Source: Lingula anatina
Taxonomy: Eukaryota > Animalia > Brachiopoda
NCBI GenBank assembly: GCA_051362555.1
Contig: CM120644.1
Span: 6,890,954-6,954,953 of the forward strand
Length of the DNA: 64,000 bases
Direction of reading: 5' to 3'
Numbering within the stretch: the stretch's first letter is position 1; every line of letters begins with the position of its first letter. The position numbers and the translations under genes were made by a program. The notes below the pieces were generated by a model. The model had not been told where the DNA came from and did not search any database. It was given only the letters and a program-made list of their open reading frames with translations. Below, piece by piece: positions 53,101 to 64,000 of this stretch.

Positions 53101-56100
53101 TTATTAAACTCGTGCTCCATATCTTTTCTATGGCTGTGGAACATACGTTACATTACGGTATGCGAAGGATGCGAGGCGTAGTTGGTATTGTAACTAATAC
53201 ACCCGAAATTTGAAACTGTCAATGAGTTTTAAATTGATGACGAATATGACCAGTGGTAGATAACTTTTAGGTAAAAAAGTTTTCAATTCTCTATACAATT
53301 GACAATTACTGCCATTGAAAGAGTCATCAACGTGGACATTTTCATGAAAAATGATCTTTAGTTTGAAAGTAATTTTCCTAGATCTGGTCAATATAAATGT
53401 ATTTTCCCATCACTTTTCCATTATTAATGACTCATAGGGTTCTGATAGTGTTTAGCTTGCACAAAATTCCACAGCGTTCAACTAATGATCGTGTTTGTAT
53501 CAGGCGATTCAGAGGTAACGTATGTTCTTTCTTACGCTTTTTTCACTACAAACGGCTATCAATTTATTTGCTTACAAAACAGAAACGCGTGGGCGTAAAA
53601 CTGGGACATTTGTGGATTTTTGTTCTATACACATGTAAGTTTTAAAAAATTGGATAATACATCGAATTCATTCAATTTCATTTTTTGAGACTTGAACTTG
53701 TGAAATGCACCTATTGGGTTTGGGTGTATATTGCAACACTTTAATGATGAAAGTATTACACACTGCGATCCAAAGGGCAGGTACTTATGCATCATACAGT
53801 ATACTTATTTAGCATACATTGGTTATATAAATCATTCTATTCTCTTCAAGTTCCTTAATTTGAGCTGTTTTTGACATGCTGGTAAATGCACTCATACGTA
53901 TGTATGTACATGAAACTTGATGTTGTGTAACATGCAGGCCTGATTACACATTTTGTTGAAACTTTAAAACATTAAAAACTATCTAAGGGGCCCGCGCATG
54001 GTGAGCATTCGGCGCGCGCCACTTGCGCTGCGCCAGATGCTCGCGCTCCTCAGCTCCCGGCAAACGCTGAGCTCTTTGCTCAGCAAAGGTGCCTCCCGGC
54101 CTGCCCCTAGCGGACGCACTGTGAACTGTGGGATCATGTGTTTAAGGAAACGTTACATATTGTTGTTTTTCTCATAGTAATGGATAATGGTGACCACGTT
54201 AATCAATCAGACTAACTATAACTGTGTACATTTTTGTTGACTTCGCTGGGGGCTGCCATTTTTGTTTGTTTCCGGCTACTGGCACACGCGCATTGTTAGC
54301 ATGGCGTGAGCAATCGGCGCTTGCACCCCGCACACGCTGAGACGTTTGCCTCAAGAGACCAAAAAAATCAAACACGTGAGAAATTTTGCTCAGCCGCCCG
54401 TGAGGCAAAAATCTCACCAAAATACCCCCGCACACGATGAGAAAACGGCGCAGCGCAAGTGGCGCGCGCCAAATGCTCACCGTGTGCGGGCCAGTTTTTT
54501 TCTTAGAATTTATTACAAATTTTCTTTGTTCAGATTTTACTATATCCGTCGGTGTCTCCGATTACTGCAGCCAACGCACTGAAGACGAAGGGCATGCTGC
54601 AGTAGAATCGTGCACTGATGACTCCGTACACTGGGCATTAGGACGTTGGTTTGTAAACAGAAGCACAAAGATTAGTCCACGCCTAGCTTCCCTTCCGTAC
54701 TATAAAGTACTATCACTTCGTATAAAAACTGATGCTGTCCTGCAGTCTTGCTGTCTCAACCGATCAAAAGCGGAACATGATCAAAACGAAGAAAAACATT
54801 TCAAATTCTTGAAAATTTTGGAAGAGTGGAATAAACTTGTAGTAGAATTCAAAACAGATAATCGAGTTGTAAGAAGCTTTGTCAGTGAACCAAAGGAAAA
54901 GTTGACGAAAATAGATGAAATGTGTGGCACATGTGCAGTTTGCCTGATGAAGATTGAAACTAGGAAAAGGGATGAAAAAATCGAAGAACTGACGAAAACA
55001 AACAACCAGAGTGAAAATTCCATCTGCATCCTACAAGAAAAATTACAGGCTACCAGCGTAGAACTAGAGAAGAAGACACTGCAGTTAGTTAACGTTAGTG
55101 AACAGCTGGAGAAAGTAGTGGCCGAGAAGGACCAAAAATTGCAAGAGAACACCTTAAAACCTGATAAAAAATCACAAATAATTAACGCACTTCAACTTAA
55201 AATACAAGACTTGCAAGATAAAATTTGGCATTTAACAATTGAAAAACAGCGCGTCAAAGATAACAAGTACGACCTCGAGGTAGAACAATCAAAGTGCCGT
55301 GAACTTTCAGTCAAATATAAGAATGCTTTGGCTTCCATAGCCGCTTGGAATCAACAGGTGATGGACATGGAAGCAAGACTAAAGAACGAAAATAAAGAGG
55401 TAAGTATATCGTATTATGGGGTTTGTTTATCTTTTTATTTTTACATTTGGTGCAATTTGGTGTATATATTTACATTTTTAAATATTTTAAAATATACGTG
55501 ATGGAAAAGATGTAAATGATACATGTCATAAGTATGTATATAAGTATCTATTTATCTGTTGGTTGGAGAGGGAGCGGGGAGATTTCTGGAAAAGAAAACT
55601 GAATTTTTACGACATGCTTGTGCACAACAAGCGAACAGTAAATAAGGTGGTGCGTGTGATTATCTGTGTGCGCATGTGTTTGCGCTTGCCTTAGTTCATG
55701 TACTAGTTCCCTATGCCACAACCCTGAAGCCAAATGAGCGTCCAGTCAAGGTCAAGAAGGAAATGTCATTCTGTTTTGTTCCACTTTTCTGTTTCAGAAC
55801 ACAGGACAATTACTAGAAACAGTCGACCAAATTTGGCAAAGAGAAAAAGATGAGATTCTTTCTGCCATCGAAAACATGGGTGATGATATCATCGAATGCC
55901 TCAAGTCACGCGGGGAACATCGTGATACGTCGTATTCACAAAGAAGAGAAATTAAACCTCTCTTTAAAAAATATCCCCATTTAAGGAATATCTGCCTATC
56001 ATTATCAAAAGGTCTAGGTATGTAATAAAAGACACATACACTGTAGCTTTATTTGGTAATACAGTCTGTGTTTACAACCCAATCATACTGCCAATTTTCC

Positions 56101-57334
56101 TGTTAAAATTTTTGGTTTATATTTCAGGCGATTCTTGGCGTGAATTGGGCAGAGCCCTTGGAATGAGCACTGGATGCCTTGACGAACTTATGGCACGCTA
56201 TGGAAAGTTTGGGAGTGCAGAAGTCGTCTTCGGAGTTCTTGAGAAGTGGGCTGAAATGGGAAATCCTACGAAGGAGGGTCTGTTGAAAGCTGTAAAGGAA
56301 ATTGGCCAAGAAGCTATTTTGGGTTGGTATACTTACACATACCCCTGTATATATATTTTTTTATTTAGTCACGCAGTCACGCATGTCACCTTCTTTATAA
56401 TTTTAAATCTCTGTTTGTGTAAAATCCGCCTTTATATCAATCGTATCCGGACTTAATAATATAATTTGTCAAGTTGTCAATTATAATGTACAGGTCCTCC
56501 CATGACCGATCAGCAACGTGAGATTCTCCAAGCTCTACGCCCATATCTACACGAAGAAATGATGGATGTCGAACTGCTCTTGCCTTACCTTAGAGGAGAC
56601 AGAATTCTTACTAGCTGTCAGATTGAGATGATCCTACAAGATCGGGGGCGCATTAGGAAGATTGAAAAGCTTCTAAAGATGTTACCGAACTTAGGATGCA
56701 GGGCGTTCGATGGCTTTTTGCATGCATTGGAACAGAGTGGTCAGGTGCACATTGCTAAAAAATTAAGAAGAGGTAAAAATTAATTATTTATTCTTGAGGA
56801 TTACAATTCTTCATTTCAGGCTTTTTGCCCAACGATTAGTTATGCTTCACTAAAAATGGTATCAAAATGTTTAAACGGTCGGCACTTGTATAGTGTACCT
56901 ACTTAACCTGACAGGTCTTTTTAAAACTTATTCTTCTTAAACACATTCCTGTAAGTACAAGAACCTTTGTGTTTAATAGCTGCCATTGCTCAAAGTCACA
57001 TATTACTGGGTTAAGAAAAACATTAGAAATCAGGCTTTTAACAAATCTGTTACTTCATGATTTCCCCTTTATCCCCTAATTGTTTATCTTTATCTCAGCC
57101 ACTGAAACCCCACTTATAGTGGAAAAAGTAGTCATGTGTGTTGTCTACAGGGAAAATGCAATTTCTTCCTGTGCTGAATTAGATTCTCTAATTAGAAGCC
57201 GAGTCAAAGTACCCTCTTGTCCAAGGCAGCATTGAGAAAGGGAGCGAGAATGAGCAGACTGGTGTCAAAGGGACGGATGACGGTACGTCAATATTCGTCT
57301 CGTATCTCATGTCTAATATCTCATGTGCTTTAAG

Positions 57335-57382
<48 letters not shown>

Positions 57383-58917
57383 TATAACTTATATATATAT
57401 AAAAATATATATATATATTAAAAATGAAAACGTTTTTCCTGTACGAGTAATATTATATATAATAAAAGAAAAAGAAGAACAGCAACTTTCTTGCCCCGAC
57501 CGGTTTCTTTCTTTCTTCAGGGGGTTTTGTTTATTTGTTACTAGGTGATGTCATAAAGGCTTAAATGTGACGTCTTTAACAATGAGTGTTTAATTGTTAC
57601 TTTTACCAATGCTTTTATCTATTCAATGTAGGTTTATACTTATTAATGAATAGATTTTCTTTTATTTCCCTTTCTGTTTGGGTTGTTTCCCTGGTGAATT
57701 TATAAAATGGGAATACCGTAAAATCCTTGTTTTTGTTCATAGAGCATTCCCTAATGTGCCCACTCACAGACGTGCACTGATATTTAGGTTGTCTTATTTG
57801 TTGTCTGTGAACGGTCATTCTATGTCGGAGAGTGTCTCCAGTTTGTCCTATATAGTTCTCACCGCATCCACTGCAAGTTAATACATAGATTAAATTTGAG
57901 CTGGTGCAGGTGAATGGGTGTTTGATTCTGAATGTAAGTCCATTTTTAAATGTTATATGGCTCCCCTCTTTAATTAGTGGACAGGTGCCACACCTGGGTA
58001 CCTCACATTTCTGTACTCGTATTGTTGAGGTTTCCACATATGTCCTGGAATTGTTTTCAAATTTTGCTTTTGTTAAAATTTGCTTTAGTGATGGACTTTG
58101 TCTCTTACTCTTTATAATCTGCATTTCGGTTAGTATCTCATTCATTTTGTCATCTTGTTTTACCAAAGGTAAGTTTCCAGTTATGACCTTATGTATTTCC
58201 GGATTTTTTGGATTATATGTTGATATGTACGGTATGGCTTCCTTTTTAATTTTAATTTTGTCTTTGGTGGTCCTCAGGTCGTTCTTCAGTATCTGTTTTG
58301 CCTTTTTAATCCCAGTTTGTATCAGTTGTCTTGGGTATTGTCTCCTTAATAGGAATCCTTCCAGCTCTTTGAGCCTTTGTTTTAATGTGGTTTCATTTGA
58401 GACAATTGTGCATAGTCTTCGAGCTAGATTGTATGGTATGTTGTGCTTAATGTGCCTGGGATGACACGCGTATATACGCGTAAGCCAGTGGCAGCCAAGA
58501 AGGAAGGAAGATTACTGTTATCCACATTTTTTTAAAATTTAGGCACTGATAAGTGCATGGAGAACTACCAATGGAAAACAAGCACATAACGCCGTTTCTT
58601 AAGGGGTTTACAACTGTGCACTTTGATTTAAAAATGATGTAAGGGTGCGTTTAATATGGGTGAGTTTTATATAAAATGTCATATGCTATTATAAATTATA
58701 AAACTTTTTTCGAGTTTATATAAAAATAAATTATTTTTCTCCTGTAGACGACGCCTCGTGTGATGCACAAGAATTGAGCACTAAAGGCAACGATCAACGG
58801 ACAGCCGATATACTCCATATCGTAACACAAATCGACGCCAAAGCTGGCTGGCTTGTAAAAGTTGTAGGCGGGAGGATGGCATCCCACAGAAACACACTGA
58901 GCAGCGAGGAATCTTAA
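50192..58917 (+). CDS. Paralogue B: unknown N-terminal domain + coiled coil + Death domain + CARD protein; 7 exons, about 676-682 aa
   Basis: Exons 50192-50423 (GC donor; a GT donor after 50405 is an in-phase alternative), 54534-55399, 55798-56017, 56128-56322, 56494-56772, 57196-57282 and 58748-58917. Exon order and phases match paralogue A and the frame is open throughout. Both proteins end in SEES*. Confidence 0.8.
50560..53720 (+). mobile_element. Decayed DNA transposon (Sola2-like N-terminal transposase remnants, tentative) in intron 1 of paralogue B
   Basis: Broken coding remnants at about 51490-52600 (RAEI.KKYR..KNEGDAYLEA..; FFERDDYSR). The motif GGAACATACGTTAC recurs at 50566, 50962, 51118, 51133 and 53138, and inverted at about 53515. 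Ends are uncertain. Confidence 0.45.
53989..54492. mobile_element. GC-rich MITE with TIRs of about 46 bp
   Basis: GGCCCGCGCATGGTGAGCATTCGGCGCGCGCCACTTGCGCTGCGCC and its inverse. It ends about 40 nt before the exon-2 acceptor of paralogue B. Confidence 0.8.
54534..55399 (+). CDS. Paralogue B exon 2 (coiled coil)
   Basis: Starts DFTIS (A: DFTIR) and shares TDDxxHWAL.xWFVN and KYDLE...AAWNQQ..DME.RLK with A. Donor GAG|GTAAGT. Confidence 0.87.
56128..56322 (+). CDS. Paralogue B Death-domain exon
   Basis: GDSWRELGRALGM...LEKWAEMGNPTKEGLLKAVKEIGQ; 195 nt, the same length as in A. Confidence 0.85.
56494..56772 (+). CDS. Paralogue B CARD exon
   Basis: About 80% identical to the CARD of paralogue A by manual count (18 differences in 91 aa). 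Confidence 0.88.
57420..58465 (-). mobile_element. Second Penelope-like element fragment (RT thumb plus GIY-YIG) in intron 6 of paralogue B
   Basis: ORF with C..PRCGTCPLI, FTCTSSNLIYVLTCSGCGENYIGQTGDTLRHRMTVHRQQI and REIKENLFINKYKPTLN. Upstream in frame: HPRHIKHNIPYNLARRLCTIVS. The left boundary is approximate. Confidence 0.88.
57494..57524 (-). ncRNA. Ultra-minimal hammerhead-like motif
   Basis: Minus strand reads CCCC-CTGAAGA-AAGAAA-GAAACCGGTC-GGGG: intact core, palindromic stem III ACCGGT, GUC triplet, 4-bp stem I and no paired stem II. Confidence 0.55.
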
Positions 58918-60682
58918 GATAATATCTTTAAGGGGTCAAATTGTTAATATTGAGTCCATCTACAGTTGAATTTGTTACCTTTAAATTTGTTTTAAATTTC
59001 AAGTGTGTGTGTGTGTGTGTATGTATGTGTGTGTGGTTTTGTGTCACAATTGAGATTCAGATTCTCGCAAATAGCTAATCTGCCGAGAAAAGTGCAGTAA
59101 GTTATCTGATGTGAACACATAAATCTTACATTTATAATAATCATTTAGTGTCATAGTTAACTTTCTTTTAGATAGTATATATTCCTTTATTATTGTGTAT
59201 TGAGCACCATTTACAAGGGTATATCTTTAATATATGGTACATGTACTCGCACATGATACCTGTATACACCTGTACCTCCGCTGTATAATTACAGATAATA
59301 TTTCTATCAAGTTATCTGTACTCTTTGTACCGCACTTCCCTAGACACTGTCTTTCTTCTCATTTCTGCTTTTGTCAAATAATTCGCATTTTTTTCTCAAA
59401 AGTATACATTTTTTGATTTCATCAATATGGTAAATATTTCATGTGAATCCAATTCCCAATTACAAACATCCGATAAGAAATTTTCCCTTAGGTCGCTATA
59501 TAAAGAGGACATTCTAACAAAAAGTGGCTTTCGCACTCGACTACCCCAGTACCTCCCAATTACAACACTGACAAAATCTTTGATCCCTAGACTAACCACT
59601 ATGTCTATCTTTTTCAATTTCAAGTTTATGATTGAAACATCTTGATCTTGCTTACACTGATATACAACTACCTTTATCAAATACTGTAACGTAGGGCTTA
59701 ATAATAAGATCATGCTTATAATTAACTTATATACATCTACTGCTAGTTTCATGTAATATTGTGGTATAGATTCCCAGTAACAGGTATGTCTTGTGTGGAA
59801 CAACTGAAGCCACAGGGACTGAATAGTAAAAAAAAATACTGAAGAAACAAATCGAGACATTCTTAACAACAGATCTATGTCATACGGAATACATTATGAT
59901 TAAATATGTAATTTATGTAATAATGATGTTCTATTATTTGTGTTGTAGTTAGCGACGCTTGATCTTTCGTCTAGTCTGTAACCTGTAACTTTTGAATAAA
60001 ATATATTCCGATACACCTGTGTATAAGTTTCACATTCTTGATCTAATACAGTATACTAATGGAATTATTGCTCCGATTACGTCTTAAAATTTATGTCCAC
60101 TGTTCACTTGGGCCATAATCTCAAAGCATTGTTAGAATAAACTTTTACTAGTCTCAATATAAAATGAAAAGAACACCGAAAAAATGATTGTAAATTATCA
60201 AACAGGTAAAATTTCTTCATAATTGTCTTTTGTTAATAGTATTGGCGTTGTCTATATTTCCGATGTTTCATGGATGACACTTTCTCTTTATGTAGAATGA
60301 TGATATTACCAGCCCCATCTCAACAACCACATTTGTCACCGCAGTACTTGTACAGGGGATGTATGAAATAAAAATCGAGGTAAAAAAACTGTTAGGATTC
60401 ACTGTTGGAACTTCACAATATTTCCCATGTCTTTCTCAACACTATAAAGTACATTCTATACACACAATACCTAGGCCTTATTATAAACTTCGAGAGCATG
60501 ACGGTTAGAGCGTGATTTTACAACCGAATGTATTAGTATGCTTTAGTTGTCAAGTCCTTTCACCAAGACCGGCGTGCTATTAAAAAGTAAAACTGGTGTA
60601 ACGTCGATTCTAAGTGGTACATGGACATGGACATAATGTGCCCTTTCAGACATGAAAAACGGAAGTAAGAGAAGAGTGAAAA

Positions 60683-61090
60683 ATGAAAAAAAAAATCACC
60701 GAAAGAAACAGTCAGAATGAAGAACTTACCTATCGTCTAGAAATACAAGCACAAAATAGCAGTACAGAACCAGAAAAGAGAGAAACGCATGCAGCACAAA
60801 TTCGTGAACAGCTGTCAGTAATGGAGAAGATGGCGGAGAGAAACAAGGAAATACAAGATATGACATACAAACAAGATCAAAAAGTACAAATAATTGACAG
60901 ACTTGGAGAGCAAATACAAGAAATGCAAGAAAAAATCATCAGTTAGAAAAAGAAAAGAACGTATACGAAATGACAAGTACGATCTGGAGGTCAAACATGC
61001 AGTCGTGAACTATCTGACAAGTATCAGGCTGCTTTAGTCTCCATAGCCGCATGGATTCAACAGTTGAAAGACACGCAGACCAGGCTAAGG
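60683..61090 (+). pseudogene. Decayed third copy of the coiled-coil exon of the Death/CARD family
   Basis: Matches about 35240-35620 (EQLSxMEKxMAERNKEIQ; GACAAGTACGATCT; TATCAGGCTGCTTTAGTCTCC) with frameshifts. It is joined directly to 3'-flank-like sequence and has no Death or CARD exons. Confidence 0.85.
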
Positions 61091-61478
61091 GAAATTTTTT
61101 TTTAATTTACATATAGACATAAAGTTCATATCATATGTCCAACAGCCCCAGGCCAACAGACATCTCAAGATTAAAGTCAAATTTGGATAAAGGAGGAACG
61201 AGAAATCCAAAACAATCGTTACACCAGTTCTATGTGATATTGAATATATCATGCTTGGAATTTGAGAATTACTTACATTTCATTTGCTGTTGTACAGTAT
61301 ATTAACCATATTATATGGTATATATAACCTGTAACTGCTAAATTAAAATATTTTCCGATACAGCTGTGCAAACTTCATGTTAACAATCCCTATCAATTAC
61401 ACGATTCTAATAGAATTAATGTTCTGTATTCTCCTTTAGCTTTTTAGCCTATTTGTCACTTGAACTACAGGTAGTATA

Positions 61479-62866
61479 CACACACTGGACAAAAGAAGTG
61501 TCACCCCCTACCTCAGAGTAATAAAAGTAGGCAGATCTCGGGTACTTATAATGCCTGGTCTACTTATAATGTGACTGCTGAGTATACAACCGCTATACCA
61601 TGGAATTGTATTGTTGGTCTTGTACATGTACAGCAAATGTTTTTCCTGTCTTCCTCCAATATGGAAAGATACAGGCAATTATCTAACGGTTATAGGTGCA
61701 AGTTATTAACCTGAAGAGGCGGAATATAAGCAATGTCAGAATATCGATACAATTGAATTGTTCAGTCAGAACCGTGCAGAGGGTCTGGTCTCGATATAGA
61801 AGCACTGGATCAAGAGACAAATTGCCTCTGATGGGTCGTCCAAGAAAAAAATACCGGCCGTGAAGACCGACGACTGATTTTGATGTCCAGGTTGTCAAAG
61901 TTCGACACTGCTTGTCAGTTGACAACACAGTGGAACAATTTCACACATAAGAATGTGTCTGTGAAAATTGCTAGGCGTCGGTTACATGCTCTGAGAGTGT
62001 ACAGCAGGGTAGCAAGACTGAAACCTCTTATATCGTTACAAAACAGGCAACGTAGAGTAAACTAGGGTCAACAGGATCTGGAACTGGACAGTTCATGACA
62101 ATTGGTCCTATATATTTTTTTCTGATGAGTGTCGCTTTGGTCTGACCTCTGATGACAGACGGGTACTATGCTGGCAAACTGCTGGTAAAGCATTTGAACC
62201 ACATGCACTGAATTTTCGAACCCGGAGCAGCATATTCATCATGGTGTAGGACTGCATCAGCATCCATGGCTTGGGCGAATTGATAGTGGTTAATGGAAAC
62301 ATGAATCACTAGAAATATATCGATGTTTTGGAGTCAGGCTTGCTACCATCTATAACTAACATGTTTGGTGACAGGAATTATCCATTTATTCACCAGGATG
62401 ACAATGCTCCTTGTCACAGGCCCAGAGCAGTTGATGATTGGTTTGACCAACAGGACATTCGCAGGGTGATGTGGCCTGCCCAGAGTCCGGATGCAAACAG
62501 AATAGAAAATATGTGGAATGATATGTCAAAACTTTTCACAAATGCCCGTCTAACCAGCAGAGAAACTCTGTTATATTCAGTGTTTCATGCTTGGGCCAGC
62601 ATAAGCCCTGAACGCATCAGACAATTATATGAAACCTTGCTTCGTAGACTGGCACCTATTATTAGGTCACGTGGCTATGCCACTAAGTACTAATTTTGGA
62701 CTTGAAACTGCATATTTTGGTAGAATGTATATTTTGTTCTCATTTTGTGATTTTTTGTGAAATTTGATGTGAATAAAATGAAACCAGGAGCATATCATTC
62801 CACAGTCATTTATCTCCCCCATAGTATTGGCTCAGTAGGGGTGACACTTCTTTTGTCCAGTGTGTG
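61479..62866 (+). mobile_element. Tc1-like transposon, full length with a disrupted transposase
   Basis: TIR CACACACTGGACAAAAGAAGTGTCACCCC with a TA TSD. Transposase remnants at 61661-62693: FSDECRF, HQDDNAPCH, WPAQSPDANRIENMW and GYATKY*. The empty site is visible in the paralogous segment at about 44920. Confidence 0.93.
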
Positions 62867-63342
62867 TATGTGCCAAAGGACAGTTTTAGTTTAAAATCTT
62901 CTACTTTAGATATAAGATTAATAGTTCATTATCAATAAATTTAAATCAACGGCTAGAGTTTCCGCTTGTCAAACCAAACTGCTAACATTAAATGTTCACT
63001 AATCCACATTTCCCAGTCAGTTTCATGTACGTCTGCTTCTTGTCTGCAGCTCCAAGCTAAAGGTCTGATAAACGGTTGATTAACTTTTTTTCATTTAAAC
63101 AAATTCACGCGACAAATCGCAAAGACAAAGCATATACGTATGTAATATAGCATCATCAAGGTGGACTAATTGCTGCTAAACTTATCGTTAAAAATGTAAG
63201 CACTCGGCAGCTTATTGATATCTTCCGAGCATTCGTCAGTGTGTCTTTTAACTGTTATGATTTTATAAATAAATATTCAATTTTTAGCCTGTTGGATCAT
63301 TTAATTGAAACGAAAACAGTGGAGATATCCTTACAAAAAAAT

Positions 63343-63556
63343 CAGTGGCGGATTTAGGGGGCTGTCAGGGGGTTCTGCCCCCGCCTTCGATTTCTGAAAT
63401 GGTCCCCAATGGTCCCCTCTTGTAAATAGCATTTTGACTGCTGCATCATGGTTCTAAACCGTACCATATGGCATCGTTCGCCCTCTAAAATACTATCTGG
63501 GAGGGGGGGCTTTGCATCCGAGGACCCCCTTCAAAAGATCCTGGATCCGCCCCCGT
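63343..63556. mobile_element. MITE of the CAGTGGCGGAT...ATCCGCCCC type
   Basis: Termini similar to 4498-4665. Confidence 0.5.
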
Positions 63557-64000
63557 GAACTGATTATATACGAAGGAAGTTCGCATTGGAGACCTTAACA
63601 CCGAATCGCCGTATTTGTTCTTCGTTTTTCTAAATTGCATTTAGACCGATAAAGCAAAAAAAAATATGTTCGAGACTGCGATTAAAAAGGTAAACCTTTT
63701 TCAGTTAAACAAAACGCGCCAAATGGCAAAGAAAAATAATATGCGTATGTAATATATTATCAAAAAGATAGACTATTAGGTAAATGTATCGTTAAAATGT
63801 AAGACTCGACGGCTTCTTGCTATTTTCTGAGCAGTCATCAGTGTGTCTACTAAAGAAGCTTTAAACAGATGAAGTGGAAAATTTTACTGATATGAAGTGC
63901 ATCACAGACCGAATGGCTGTGTAGTCAAAGCATCCACTTCTGGGGTGGGACAACACATACATGTGGGTTTCAGCCCGTCTGAAGACATCGAATTATAACT

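Noticed and set aside
54437-54533. N-terminal extension of the 354-aa ORF (MRKRRSASGARQML...)
   Set aside because: It derives from a MITE TIR and intron sequence; the true exon starts at the acceptor at 54534.
59350-59870. 157-aa minus-strand ORF
   Set aside because: Only faint resemblance to a LINE ORF2 C-terminus (IGRY...LYSDLRENFL); too degenerate to call.
63108-63847. Diverged direct repeats of about 135 bp (63108-63247 and 63716-63847) as LTRs
   Set aside because: No TG..CA ends, PBS/PPT or internal coding sequence; likely an old local duplication.

Overview
AT-rich, intron-containing animal genomic DNA; an invertebrate, plausibly lophotrochozoan or molluscan, though taxonomy is only an impression. 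I could assemble three spliced protein-coding genes on the + strand. (1) A complete 9-coding-exon BMI1/PCGF (Polycomb RING-RAWUL) gene at 14027-19586, 419 aa. (2,3) Two tandem 7-exon paralogues at 26368-38110 (742 aa) and 50192-58917 (about 680 aa). Their architecture is an unrecognised N-terminal alpha/beta-looking domain, a long coiled coil, a Death domain, a CARD and a short tail. Both have NF-kB-type GGGAA(A/T)TTCC sites just upstream, and a decayed third copy lies at about 60.7 kb. A local tandem duplication copied the BMI1 last exon, its 3'UTR and the neighbouring promoter. This left a possible alternative short BMI1 C-terminus and an orphan promoter with three tandem kB sites. Mobile DNA is abundant: a 5'-truncated RTE LINE with a 12-bp TSD, two Penelope-like elements with minimal hammerhead ribozyme motifs, two related TIR elements with 7-bp GTnnAAC TSDs carrying spliced relic genes, a Tc1 element, Kolobok-like and Sola2-like transposase relics, an L2 3' end and many MITEs. 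All coordinates and counts were read by eye and no searches were run.
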